Shown: positions 12,975 to 26,109 of the stretch, piece by piece
How the letters are laid out: each line of letters begins with the position of its first letter
Numbering within the stretch: the stretch's first letter is position 1
Program-made: the position numbers and the translations under genes
Origin: Mobula hypostoma
Taxonomy: Eukaryota
Length of the DNA stretch: 64,000 nt
Direction of reading: 5' to 3'
Assembly (NCBI RefSeq): GCF_963921235.1
Contig: NC_086108.1
Location: 70,000,001 to 70,064,000, forward strand
Notes under the pieces: generated by a model
What the model saw: only the letters and a program-made list of their open reading frames with translations
What the model was told of the DNA's origin: nothing
Database searches by the model: none

Positions 12975-13869
12975 TACATTTGTTGACGATACAACCACTG
13001 TTGGTAGAATCTCAGGTAGTGACAAGGGCGTACAGAGTGAGATATGCCAACTAGTGAAGTGGTGCCACAACAACAACCTGGCACTCAACGTCAGTAAGAT
13101 GAAAGAGCTGATTGTGGACTTCAGGAAGGGTAAGACGAAGGAACACATACCAATCCTCATAGAAGGATCAGAAGTGGAGGGAGTGAGCAGTTTCAAGTTC
13201 CTGGGTGTCAAGATCTCTGAGGATCTAACCTGGTCCCAATATATCGATTTAGTTATAAAGAAGGCAAGACAGTGGCTATACTTCATTAGGAGTTTGAAGA
13301 GATTTGGCATGTCAACAAATACACTCAAAAACCTCTATAGATGTACCGTGGAGAGCATTCTGACAGGCTGCATCACTGTCTTAATGCTGGCGGAGGTGGG
13401 GGCTGCTCAGGACCGAAAGAAGCTGAAGAGAGTTGTAAATCTAGTCAGCTCCATCTTGGGTACTAGCCAACAAAGTACCCAGGACATCTTCAGGGAGTGG
13501 TGTGTCAGAAAAGCAGCATCCATTATTAAGGACCTCCAGCACCCAGGGCATGCCCTTTTCTCACTGTTACCATCAGAAGCCTGAAGGCACACACTCAGTG
13601 ATTCAGGAACAGCTTCTTCCCCTCTATCATCCGATTCCTAAATGGACATTGAACCCTTGGACACTAGCTCACTTTTTTAATATACACTATTTCTGTTTTT
13701 TGCACATTTTTAATCTATTCAATATACAGTGCATATACTGTAATTGATTTATATATTATTTTATTTTATTTTTTTTCTCTCTTCTATATTATGTATTGCA
13801 TTGAACTGTTGCTAAGTTAACAAACTTCATGTCACATGCCAGTGATAATAAACCTGATTCTGATTCTGA
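12975..13869 (+). mobile_element. Rex1/Babar LINE 3' part
   Basis: ORF 13054-13584 is an RT thumb ending HPGHALFSLLPS. Tail aataaacctgattctgattctga. Confidence 0.85.
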
Positions 13870-15218
13870 AAATAGAAAACATATTTATATGATAAAAAAC
13901 AGTGGCAATAAATCTATAATGTTGACTTCTGGCACAAAGTCACTGACTATCTATCTGTAGAGGGTTTCTGTCGCATTTTTAGTGAATTGTTTTACTTAAA
14001 GGAGTGTTGCACAAAATTGATATTTGTGTTTGTTAGGTTTATGAGAATAAATAATTTCACAGTTCTGTAAGTCCTTTGCACTGCACCATTCCAGCCTCAT
14101 TTTCATTTAGAACATAGAACAGTACGGCACAGTACAGGCCCTTCGGCCCACAATGTCATGCTGACCCTCAAACCCTGCCTCCCATATAACCCCCCCCACC
14201 TTAAATTCCTCCATATACCTGTTTGCACAAAAAATTCTTTAAATTTCTCTTAGCAGGATGCAACTGAAATCAGTACTAACTACTTGCAAAATAGCTGTCA
14301 CTGACATGAACCAGGAGATGTCAAAATGAGAATCGTAAGTCATGAAATTTGTTGTTTTGTGGTAGCAGTGCAGTGCAGGCATAACAAATTGCTATAAATT
14401 ACAATACAAATAAATAGTGTGAAAGGAAGAGAGAGGTCATGTTCATGGCCCATTCAGAAATCTAATGACAGAGGCCTTCTGGACTACAAAATCATAGTTC
14501 CAATTTATCTTCATTTGATTTTTTTCTTTAGGTGCCACAACTATGAACATAATTCCTGAATATTTGTGCTCATCAAAGAATGAAGTATTTTCAACTTTGA
14601 TACATGTATTCATGGTGAATTCTATACTTGCTTAGAAAGTGTACAACCATCTTCAAATAATATCTCAAATAATGAGTGTAGTATTTCTTCCTCACATCAC
14701 CCATTTCTGTGACTTCCCTTCATAGTTACAACTTCACCTTCAATCCTCTGGGTCACTGGAGACCAAACTTCATGCTTCAAATCAACACAGCAAAATGCTG
14801 GAAGAACTCAGCAAGCCAGGCAGCATCTATCGGGAAAAGTACAGTCGACGTTTTGGGTCGAGACCCTTCGGCAGGACTGGAGGAAAAAAAGCTGAGGAGT
14901 AGATTTAAAAGGTGGGGGGAAGGGGAGAGAGAAATACCAGATGATAGGTGAAACCTGGAGGAGGAGGGATGAAGTAAAGAGCTTCGGTTGAACTCTCTCT
15001 TTTTGTGTGCTTCCCCCCAACTGTCAGTCTGTGGTTTTGTATTGCCATGTGCTCCTGTCTCCTGTCTCCACTCCCCACTCTACTCCAGCCCCTGTATTCT
15101 GTCTGTCTGCCTGTATCTTGTTTTACGGCGGTTGGCATCCAGCTTAATGGTGCATTACCGCCACCCTCTGCTCCAAAATGTGCACTAGACATACATTCTA
15201 AATCCCTTCACCCAATCG

Positions 15219-15258
<40 letters not shown>

Positions 15259-16179
15259 CAAACCTACACTTCACCCTCCCATCTTTGACTATCCTAGTAT
15301 CCTATTCCTGTTTATTCGTCATATCCTATAACAAACCCCTGTACCCCTTAAAAACGCTAAAAATACCCGGACTTGTGCTCTCTCACCCATGCCCAGCAAC
15401 CCTTTTAATGTGAATTCCTGCACCCCCAACTCCCTTAATTTATTTCTCATCATCTCTCTCTGTATCCCATACTTCCTGCAACACAAAACTACATGTTCTA
15501 CCGACTCCTCTTCCTGACATTCCTCACACAATCCTATCTGGTGTTTCCCTATCATTTTCAATGTTGTGTTTAATGCACAATGCCCCAGCCTTAACCTAGT
15601 CCACACAATTTCCTCTCTTCTGTTTCCATTACCTACCCTAGTAACTGCAACACTCATTTGTATTTGATATAAATGCCTCCCTTTCCCCTCCCTGTCCCAT
15701 CTTTCTTGCCACATTCGGTTGACTTTTTCCCAGATTACACACTTAACCTCTGCTTTACTGATACTAATGTGCATTTCCACATTTTCTTTCTTTAACGCCC
15801 TCTTTGCCAACTCATCCACCCTCTCATTCCCCTTCACCCCTACATGTGCTGGAACCCATAGAAATTTTACCTGACCTCCCTGATTTGCAATTCTTGTAAC
15901 TAACTGAAGGACTTCATAAAGTACATCTTGCCGACTGTTTGTGTGAAAAGACCTTAAACTTGCTAGAACTGAGGATGAATCTGAACATATCAATGCTTTG
16001 GCTTGTCTGGCTTTCTGCACCCATTGCAATGCAACCAACACTGCCAGCATCTCCACTGTAAACAGCCCTAACTTATTAGATGTTCTTCGGCTGATTCCAA
16101 TTTCTTTTGCTGGTATTACCACCCCAAACCCTGTCACTCCTGTTTCAGGTTCCTTCGCACCATCCGTATAAACGTGAGT

Positions 16180-18454
16180 CGGAACGCTCTGCTCTCCACT
16201 CCCTCCGCACTAATCCTAACATTATTATTAAACCCGCTGATAAAGGGGGTGCTGTTGTAGTCTGGCGTACTGACCTCTACCTTGCCGAGGCACAGCGACA
16301 ACTCGCGGATACCTCCTCTTATTTACCCCTCGACCGTGACCCCACTAAGGAGCACCAGGCCATTGTCTCCCACACTATCAACGACTTTATCCGCTCAGGG
16401 GATCTCCCATCCACTGCTACCAACCTTATAGTTCCCACACCCCGCACTTCCCGTTTCTACCTTCTACCCAAGATCCACAAACCTGCCTGTCCTGGCCGAC
16501 CTATTGTCTCAGCTTGCTCCTGCCCCACCGAACTCGTTTCTGCATACCTCGACACTGTTTTATCACCCCTTGTTCAATCCCTTCCGACCTATGTTCGTGA
16601 CACTTCTCACGCTCTTAAACTTTTCGATGATTTTAAGTTCCCTGGCCCCCACCACTTTATTTTCACCATGGATGTCCAGTCCCTATATACTTCCATCCCC
16701 CATCAGGAAGGTCTCAAAGCTCTACGCTTCTTTTTGGATTCCAGACCTAATCAGTTCCCCTCTACCACCACTCTGCTCCGTCTAGCAGAATTAGTCCTTA
16801 CTCTTAATAATTTCTCCTTTTGCTCCTCCCATTTCCTCCAAACTAAAGGTGTAGCTATGGGCACCCGTATGGGTCCCAGCTATGCCTGCCTTTTTGTTGG
16901 GTTTGTGGAACAATCTATGTTCCGTGCCTATTCTGGTATCTGTCCCCCACTTTTCCTTCGCTACATCGACGACTGCATTGGCGCTGCTTCCTGCACGCAT
17001 GCAGAACTCGTTGACTTTATTAACTTTGCCTCCAACTTTCACCCTGCCCTCAAGTTTACCTGGTCTATTTCCGACACCTCCCTCCCCTTTCTAGATCTTT
17101 CTGTCTCTGTCTCTGGAGACAGCTTATCCACTGATGTCTACTATAAGCCTACTGACTCTCACAGCTATCTGGACTATTCCTCTTCTCACCCTGTCTCTTG
17201 CAAAAACGCCATCCCCTTCTCGCAATTCCTCCGTCTCCGCCGCATCTGCTCTCAGGATGAGGCTTTTCATTCTAGGACGAGGGAGATGTCTTCATTTTTT
17301 AAAGAAAGGGGTTTCCCTTCCTCCACTATCAACTCTGCTCTTAAACGCATCTCCCCCATTTCACGTACATCTGCTCTCACTCCATCCTCCCACCACCCCA
17401 CTAGGAATAGGGTTCCCCTGGTCCTCACCTACTACCCCACCAGCCTCCGGGTCCAACATATTATTCTCCGTAACTTCCGCCACCTCCAACGGGATCCCAC
17501 CACTAAGCATATCTTTCCCTCCCCCCCCCTGCATTCCGCAGGGATCGCTCCCTACACAACTCCCTTGTCCATTCGTCCCCCCCATCCCTCCCCACTGATC
17601 TCCCTCCTGGCACTTATCCGTGTAAGCGGAACAAGTGCTACACATGCCCTTACACTTCCTCCCTTACCACCATTCAGGGCCCCAAACAGTCCTTCCAGGT
17701 TAGGCATCACTTCACCTGTGAGTCGACTGGGGTGATATACTGCGTCCGGTGCTCCCGATGTGGCCTTTTATATATTGGTGAGACCCGACGCAGACTGGGA
17801 GACCGCTTTGCTGAACATCTACGCTCTGTCCGCCAGAGAAAGCAGGATCTCCCAGTGGCCACACATTTTAATTCCACATCCCATTCCCATTCTGACATGT
17901 CTATCCACGGCCTCCTCTACTGTAAAGATGAAGCCACACTCAGGTTGGAGGAACAACACCTTATATTCCGTATGGGTAGCCTCCAACCTGATGGCATGAA
18001 CATTGACTTCTCTAACTTCCGCTAGGCCCCACCTCCCCCTCGTACCCCATCTGTTACTCTTTTTTATGCACACATTCTTTCTCTCACTCTCCTTTTTCTC
18101 CCTCTGTCCCTCTGAATATACCTCTTGCCCATCCTCTGGGTCACCCCCCCCCCCCGTCTTTCTTCCCAGACCTCCTGTCCCATGATCCTCTCGTATCCCC
18201 TTCTGCCTATCACCTGTCCAGCTCTCGGCTCCATCCCTCCCCCTCCTGTCTTCTCCTATCATTTTGCATCTCCCCCTCCCCCTCCAGCTTTCAAATCCCT
18301 TACTCACTCTTCCTTCAGTTAGTCCTGACGAAGGGTCTCGGCCTGAAACGTCGACTGCGCCTCTTCCTATAGATGCTGCCTGGCCTGCTGCGTTCACCAG
18401 CAACTTTGATGTGTGTTGCTTGAATTTCCAGCATCTGCAGAATTCCTGTTGTTT
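16180..18454 (+). mobile_element. Young 5'-truncated Penelope-like element (Neptune type): RT, GIY-YIG endonuclease, pLTR
   Basis: IIIKPADKGG, GRPIVS, KGVAMGT, LRYIDD; Cys-rich linker; IYCVRC..LLYIGET endonuclease (17732-18025). One frameshift in the poly-C run near 17520-17535. 6-bp TSD gtgagt at 16174-16179 and 18455-18460. Confidence 0.93.
18321..18357 (+). ncRNA. Minimal hammerhead ribozyme in the Penelope pLTR
   Basis: agtc CTGACGA agggtctcggcct GAAA c GTC gactg. Predicted cleavage after C18352. Confidence 0.8.
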
Positions 18455-20316
18455 GTGAGTATAATTACTATACTTTTCCATCACATGACAGTTAAATGCA
18501 TTTACCAAATCTGTTTTATATCTTTGTTTCCTTTTTACCTCTAACAAATGCCAGTCTATGTCAGGCCATACAAGCTTCCATGGAGCTACAACCGGATAAA
18601 CTACTGAAGGACTTATCCTCAGATCAAACACTCCACATTCTTTCGCGATATCATTCCCTACCCGACTAAAGGTATCCCTCTGAAACCTCCCATTTTCCCA
18701 GCACTCCTTTAGTAGGGTGAGAATCATTGTGCCCCTGCAAGTTAGCCCAGTAGTTTGCCATCAGTTGCATCCTTCTTAGTTCCAAAGGCATTATTCCCAT
18801 TTCTACCTGTAGGGCTGACACTGGTGACGTTTTAAAAGCCCCACTGCACACTCTCAAGGCCTGAGCCTGAATCACATCCAGTTTCCTTATAAGAGACCTA
18901 ACTGCTGATCCATATACTATATTTCCATATATCCAATACAGATCTCACTAAAGCCACATACATTCTCTTCAAAGCTGAACAACTTGCTCCCCATTCCCTA
19001 CCAGTCAAACATCTCATCACATGAGATCACATGAGGGTAAAAAATACAGTTTGAGTTTTATCTACTGAAAATCTACATCCCCAATCATAACCCCACTCCA
19101 CCACTTCATCAATTGCTTCTTGTAGTTTCCTGATTATATGGTCCATGTTCCTGCCTCTTTTCCACAAGACCCCATCATCCGCAAACAGTGACCTACCTAT
19201 ATCCACTGGTACCTTTGTGAAGACATCATTGATCATAATGATGAAAAGTAACGGGCTAATCACACTACCATGAGGTGTGCCATTTTCCACTATGTACTGT
19301 TTTGATAATTCTGATCCAATCCGAACTTGAATTTTTCTACCAAACAAAAAATCTTTAATCCAATTAAAAAGTCTCCCACCAACCCCCATCTTGTGCAGTT
19401 TAATTAATAATCCTTCCTTCCACATCATATCATAGGCTTTTTCAATGTCAAAGAACACTGCCACTACTGACTCTCTATTTGCCTGGGCCTTCCTTATTTC
19501 AGTCTCTAACATTATCACTGAGTCCATGGAATTCCTTCCCTTTCTAAAACCACTCTGATAACCTGCCAGCATTCCCCTTTTCTCAAGCTCATATGATAAC
19601 CTTTCCTGTTATCATCCTTTCCATTATCTTACATATACTTGATGTTAATGCAATTGGTCTGTAGCTAGTGGGTTTTGACAGATCCTTGCCAGGCTTCCTT
19701 ATTGGAATTACTACTGCTTCTTTCCATGCACTTGGTAATCGTCCCTCCTCCCACACTCTTATAAAAATGCAGCAACTTCAAGAGCGCTCCTTCTCCTAGA
19801 TTTTTTAGCATCACAGAGCATATCAGATCTTTCCCTGGGGAGGTTGGTCTCGATCTCTTTATTGCTCTCACCATTTCTGCTAATGTAAATGGATCATCAA
19901 TTATATCATCTATTCCTTCTCTCCTGCTTAACCGCAGTGACGGCCGTGCAGGGGAAAGGCAGCGCCACCGAACCGCGTCCACTGGCGGACGGGGCGAGGC
20001 CCAGGTGGGCACGTGTCAAGGGCCTCCGAGGTGGCCACGCGGCTCCACGGGGGAGGCAGCCGCATGGCGCGGAGGGCTTCAGGGTCTGCACTTAGGGGGA
20101 CATAGAGGGTTCAGGCCAGCCCCTGTATTACTGAGTACTCTGTCTCTTATCTGCTCATTATTACCTGTATTACTGCCACCTGTATCTCATTGTGCTCCAC
20201 CTATCATCTGCCTCTCTGTTTATTGCTCAGTGTATTTCAGTCCTGTGTTTTCACCTCTTTGTTGCCAGATTGTGCCAGTAAATTTTCCTGAGCCTTTCCA
20301 GCATTTGTCTCTGTAC

Positions 20317-23300
20317 TGTGACGAGAATACACATAAAATTAAGATGTTTGCTGGCCTGGGTTAGCATCAGTGACATCAGCAAGTGGTCTGCCACCTGCCC
20401 TCAGGGGAAGGAGAGATAAGGAACAATGGAGCAGCGTCTGGAGATGTGTAATGAAGGGACGTGGGAGAGAGAGCTGTCTGGAGCGGCTCCCCCTTTGAAC
20501 CCTGAACCGTTTGAAGTGATGGACAGGCGATACCCCAGCAGGGGAATAAAAAGGGACCGGTTCGCTAAGGCAGGACACACGCCACCCGAGGTAACGAGAC
20601 CCTAGAAGTGGTACGCTTCTCATGAGTCGGTGGGAAGTACCAGACAACGGCCAGGGTGGAAAGGTACGATCAGCGGGAACCCGGTGTGTGTCCGCCCTTG
20701 CCTGGGTGCCGGGTTCACTGCAGAGGATCGACCGCATCTGGAGGAGGGGTCACAGTCGGTGACCTCAGGTGACATCACCAAGGACCCGCCCAAAAAGCTG
20801 CTTGTGAGCCATCTCGCCGGTCTGTGAGTGAAGCCGTGTCTGAATGATCAGTTGTTCCTGTTCTCTCTGTCTCTCCCCCCACGTTGTCCATCGCCATGGC
20901 AACGATTACTGCGAACTGAACTACTAAACTGGACTGAACTTTGAGTCACTTTGAAATTTGGTCATTTACCCCTAGACAACGATAGAGCTTGATTGATGCT
21001 GTTATCTTAATTCTGTGCACATGTGTGTTTATCATTGCTGAACTGTTGCATTTATTATCCTTTCGATCACTGTGTTGCTTGTTTCTTTAATAAAACTTTC
21101 TTAGTTCTAGTACTCCAGACTCCAACTGAGTGATCCATTTCTGCTGGTTTGGCAACCCAGTTACGGGGTACGTAACATAAGTGGGGTTCTCGTCCGCGAT
21201 TTTGAACGCTAAATTTGGGACGGAGTAAATTGATTGGGTTAAAATTCCCGAAAGAAAGAAAAGACAAACAGCAGAAATGGAGGCTGAGGAATTTATAAAG
21301 GCGCCGACCTTGGAGGCATTAGAGGATGCCAGGAAATCGGAATTGATAGCTGTGGCCAAACGGTTGAATCTTGCTAAGGTGAAGTCGACAATGAGGAGAG
21401 AGGAGATACACAGAGCTATTGTAGAGTACTATGTATCTAAAGGTGTGTTTCCCCAAGGTGAGCTGGGGGTGGTGTCTATTGAAAAACCTGCTGGAGACGC
21501 AGTACAGGTACAGCTTGAAAAACTGAGACTCGAGCACGATTTCCGGGTACGGCAGTTAGAACACGAAGAGAAGGAGAGAGAGTTAGAAAGGCAAGAGCGA
21601 GAAAGACAGTTGGAGAGAGAAGAGAAAGAGAGGGACAGACAGTTAGAGAGAGAGGAGAAAGAGAGGGACAGACAGTTGGAGAGAGAGGAGAAACAGAGGG
21701 AAAGGGAATTTGAGCTGGAGAAGTTAAAGATAAGGGCCGAGCAGGGGCTCGTGCCGAACCAAGGTGGAGGGTTCCGGGCAACCCAGGAGGTTAGGCTGGT
21801 TCCCCCGTTTGACGATACCGACGTGGATCGGTACTTCCTCCACTTCGAATAAGTGGCTATAAGTCAGGACTGGCCGAGGGATAAGTGGGTTGTTTTACTT
21901 CAGAGTGTACTGAAAGGGAAGGCCCAAGAAGCTTACTCAGCTTTGTCCGCGGAAGATGCCCAGAGGTATGAGGTGGTGAAAGAGGCCATCCTCAGGATTT
22001 ATGAGTTGGTCCCGGAGGCATACCGGCAGAGGTTCCGGAATGCGAGGAAACAGTGGGACCACACGTATTTGGAGTTTGCCCGTGAGATGCAAACATATTG
22101 TGAGCGTTGGTGCGCCTCGAAGGGGGTAGAGGGGGATTATGACAGACTGCTACAACTGATCCTGATTGAGCAGTTTAAAAGTTGTGTCCCTGAGGGTATG
22201 AGACACTACCTCGATGAGAAAGAGGCAGCCACGATAGCTGCAACTGCTAAGTTAGCGGATGAGTATGCGTTGACGCATAAAATGAAGTTTGCCCCGAGTA
22301 AAGGCTACCAGAAGGGTAGTCAGGACGGCGGGGAGAGTCCGCCGGAAAAGTCAGAAAGTAAGCCGGGGACTAGTGAAAAGGATAAGGTAGACTGGGAGCA
22401 GTCTGGTCGGAAGTCTCCTGGGGTTGTCTGTTATAATTGTGGGAAAGTCGGACACTTTGCGTCCAGGTGCTTTGCCCCAAGGAAGGAGACGGGGAAAGGA
22501 AAAGCGGAAATTTTGAATGGCTGTATTGAGCTGTTAAGCAAACCGCTAGGGAAGGACAGGTCTGAAAAAGTCCAGGAAGGGCGCGAGAGGTTTATCTCGG
22601 CCGGATTGGTGTCAGTGAAGGAGGGGTTAAAACCAGTTCCAGTGCGGATCTGGAGAGACACGGGAGCGTGTCAGTCACTAATACTGAAGAGTGTATTAGA
22701 GTTTAGCTCAGAGACCCAGACTGGGGAGGTAGAGGTCAAAGGTGTTGGGGAAGGGACAGAGTCAGTCCCTTTGCACCAGATACACTTACAGAGCAACCTG
22801 GTCTCTGGACTAGTCACGATCGGGGTGAGGTCCGAATTACCGATGAAAGACGTGGAAGTCTTGCTCGGTAATGACATCGCCGGAGGAATCGTGTTCCCAG
22901 TCGTGAGATTGACAGGTCAGCCTGCCAGCATTGAAGCCCCGCCCATGGACTCACAGGTTCATCACGGGCCCGCGATAGTGAATTTAGCTGAAACATTTCT
23001 GCCAACCTTGTATGAGACGGGGTGTAGTGAGATAAGAGGTAGTGAGGGAGCTGGGACGGATGTAGCAGTAGCCAGGAAAGAATTTGTGCAGACGCAGGAG
23101 CGAGACGAGGGGCTGATGGTTTTTGCAGAGACAGCTCTCTCTGACACAGCTTTAACAAGGGAACTAGTAAGGCTATTGTGCTGAGGAGGAAGTGCTAAGG
23201 AAGAAAGGGAAATCAAGGACAGTACCCGCAGATGAGGAATGGGGGGTGGTGCAAAAGAGTTATGGGGATGAGGTTTTTAACATGGCCCACGAGGTACCCC

Positions 23301-25216
23301 CCGGTGGACATTTTGCGGTGCTGGAGGAAACAGTTGGTGGAATCACGAAAGAGATTTACCGGCTGCCCAGGGGGAAGAATGTTATTGATCATGACCGACG
23401 CGAACTGAGACGGTCACCGGCTTTTGATATGCTAACAAACCTAGTCGGTGTTAGCGTGGAAATCAATGAAGCTAGGGGCCCCCTGATAAGAGGAAAAAAC
23501 CATTTTGAAAAGATTAGGATGGGATCGGTCAGATGGGAGAAGGCTTTTGTTTTGGCCAGGTCTACTGATAAGGTCTCTCCCTTAATCCCCGAACAAAGCG
23601 AATCTTTAGAAGAAGTAATTAAACGACTCGCACCCGTGTGTTTGATTGTCCCGAGGAAATGCAAAGAACTGGGACGTTGGGTGATGTCTGTTACAATAGG
23701 GCAGCCTAGTAAAGAACACTCATATTTAGTGAGTAATTCAGTGACTAAAGGGCTGATGAACACAGAGGTGTGTATTGGCAATTTAATACGGCTGTCTGAA
23801 GCCAGTTTGATAGTGAACCTTGAAAAAAATGAATTCGGCCACACGAAGGTCACTTACCTGGGAATTGTGGTGACACAGGGGCAGCTGGCAGCGATGCAAG
23901 CTGTAGTGCAGGCTATCACTGACCCCCCAACCCCGACAGACAAGAGGGCCCTCAGAAGGCTCTTGGAGATGGTGGGGTACTGCAGGAAGTTTTGCAATAA
24001 CTCTGCGGTCAATACCCGTCCCCCTCCTACTAAGCCCTTGCGAGAGAAAACTGAGTCGGAATGGGACGACCCTTGTTATTGTGGTCCGGGACAAAAACCA
24101 AATGAGAGGTTACATTGGTCGCAATTCATCAGTGTTTTTGGCCACTATGAAGTTTGCTGAGTTGGAGCCTGGTCTAAGGGATTATTAATAACACGTGTAA
24201 AAGGAACAGAAAATGTGATGACTGTCTGTCAAGGTGTTGACAGCTTCAAACTCGCTGTGTTAGCCAAATAACTGATAAAGATGTATATTTGTGTATGTAT
24301 CAAATAATGTATTCATGTTTGAATACTCGCGGTAAAAATCCTTGAAGGGGGGAAGTGTGATGAGAATACACATAAAATTAAGATGTTTGCTGGCCTGGGT
24401 TAGCATCAGTGACATCAGCAAGTGTTCTGCCACCTGCCCTCAGGGGAAGGAGAGATAAGGAACAATGGAGCAGCGTCTGGAGATGTGTAATGAAGGGACG
24501 TGGGAGAGAGAGCTGTCTGGAGCGGCTCCCCCTTTGAACCCTGAACTGTTTGAAGTGATGGACAGGCGATACCCCAGCAGGGGGATAAAAAGGGACCGGT
24601 TCGCTAAGGCAGGACACACGCCACCCGAGGTAACGAGACCCTGGAAGTGGTACGCTTCTCACGAGTCGGTGGGAAGTACCAGACAACGGCCAGGGTGGAA
24701 AGGTACGATTAGCGGGAACCCGGTGTGTGTCCGCCCTTGCCTGGGTGCCGGGTTCACTGCAGAGGATCGACCGCATCTGGAGGAGGGGTCACAGTCGGTG
24801 ACCTCAGGTGACATCACCAAGGACCCGCCCAAAAAGCTGCTTGTGAGCCATCTCGCCGGCCTGTGAGTGAAGCCGTGTCTGAATGATCAGTTGTTCCTGT
24901 TCTCTCTGTCTCTCCCCCCACGTTGTCCATCGCCATGGCAACGATTACTGCGAACTGAACTACTAAACTGGACTGAACTTTGAGTCACTTTGAAATTTGG
25001 TCATTTACCCCTAGACAACGATAGAGCTTGATTGATGCTGTTATCTTAATTCTGTGCACATGTGTGTTTATCATTGCTGAACTGTTGCATTTATTATCCT
25101 TTCGATCACTGTGTTGCTTGTTTCTTTAATAAAACTTTCTTAGTTCTAGTACTCCAGACTCCAACTGAGTGATCCATTTCTGCTGGTTTGGCAACCCAGT
25201 TACGGGGTACGTAACA
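20317..25216 (+). mobile_element. Gmr1-like Ty3/Gypsy LTR retrotransposon, internally deleted
   Basis: 861-bp LTRs at 20317-21177 and 24356-25216 (TG...CA, about 8 differences by eye). 4-bp TSD gtac. tRNA-Pro-like PBS tggggttctcgtccgcgat at 21182-21200. PPT gaaggggggaag at 24344-24355. Confidence 0.95.
21277..24160 (+). pseudogene. gag (SCAN-related capsid, CCHC), protease and deleted pol of the Gmr1-like element
   Basis: LVPPFDD..YFLHFE*VA..WPRDKW..KAQEAYSAL..LVPEAYRQRFR; CYNCGKVGHFASRC; RDTG protease; integrase zinc-finger remnant AHEVPPGGH; RT C-terminal remnant VTYLG..VGYCRKFC without YxDD. In-frame TAA at 21850 and a frameshift near 23170. Confidence 0.85.
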
Positions 25217-26109
25217 GTACTCCGTCCTTCTGAATATCGACTCTGCCTGTTTCCCGATTCTGGTTTTTGGATTTCTCTGGATGTTTTGATCTCTGCCTGA
25301 ACTTTGATGCTGACTTTGCCTGTACCTTGGAATTTGTTACTCAATTAATATCACTGTGTGCACAGCATTGGGTCTGTGATTGGGTCCCTGCTCCAGTGTC
25401 CTGACACAGGAGGTTGATAGGTGAAAGAGACAGAAGGCCATGGAAGGAAGAAAATGGGTGAATGAGTACCAAGGGAGGCAATGTGCTGAAAAGGAGATAA
25501 GGTGAGGGAGGGAAAGGGGGATGGGAAATGGTGAAGTGGGGGGCATTATGGGAAATTTGAGAAATCGATGTTCACGCCATCAGGTTGGAGGCTACCCAAA
25601 CGGAATATAAGGTGTTGTTCCTCCAACCTAAGTGTGGCCTCATCACGACAGTGAAGGAGGCCATGGATGGACATATGGGAATAGGAAGTGAAATTAAAAT
25701 GGGTGGCCACTGGGAGATTCCACTTGTTCTGGCGGCTGAAGTGTAGATGCTTGGTGAAGTGGTCTCCCAACCTATGTTGGGTCTCACCAATATGGAGAAG
25801 GCCACAGTATATGGCCAAACACAGTATATGACCCCAACAGACTCACAGGTGAAGTGTCACCTCACCTGGAAGAACTGTTTAGGGTCTTGAATGGTATCAC
25901 AGGTGAGGTGAGGCAATAATGCCTTCTCTCCCCTCCCCACCCCCCGCACTCTTTAAATCTACTCCTCAGCTTTTTTTTCTCTCCAGTCCTGCCAAAGGGT
26001 TTTGGCCCAAAATGTCAACTGTACTTTTTTTCCATAGATGCTGCCTGGCCTGCTCAGTTCCTCCAGCATTTTGTGTATGTTGCCCGGAGTTCCAGCATCT
26101 GCAGATTTT

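Larger units (their letters stand above)
15099..20115 (-). mobile_element. 5'-truncated Nimb/I-clade LINE (ORF2 RT, RNase H, CCHC)
   Basis: RT motifs VFFDIEKAYD, GTPHGSVISPLLF and LFADD (19027-19572). RNase H YTDG..ICSDS..WVPAHVGVKGNERVD and CEEC..ESVEHVVLCC (15319-16170). (CAGA)n-like tail. 14-bp TSD ccagcccctgtatt at 15085-15098 and 20116-20129. Confidence 0.9.
15022..25406 (+). mobile_element. Solo LTR split in three (15022-15098, 20116-20316, 25217-25406)
   Basis: Ends TGTCAG...CTGACA. The pieces rejoin across the TSDs of two later insertions. No TSD of its own was found. Confidence 0.65.

Noticed and set aside
15219..15260. (CA)n(TA)n microsatellite; also (CT)n at about 59614-59660
   Set aside because: Ordinary simple repeats inside transposons.
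21850..21852. Programmed stop read-through in gag
   Set aside because: The TAA falls mid-capsid where FEK is expected (AAA to TAA), not at a gag-pol boundary; a point mutation is simpler.
20339..24866. Duplicated 132/133-aa ORFs at 20339-20737, 24378-24776 and 24465-24866
   Set aside because: They lie inside the two LTRs, have no recognisable domain, and the plus ORF is broken in the 5' LTR.
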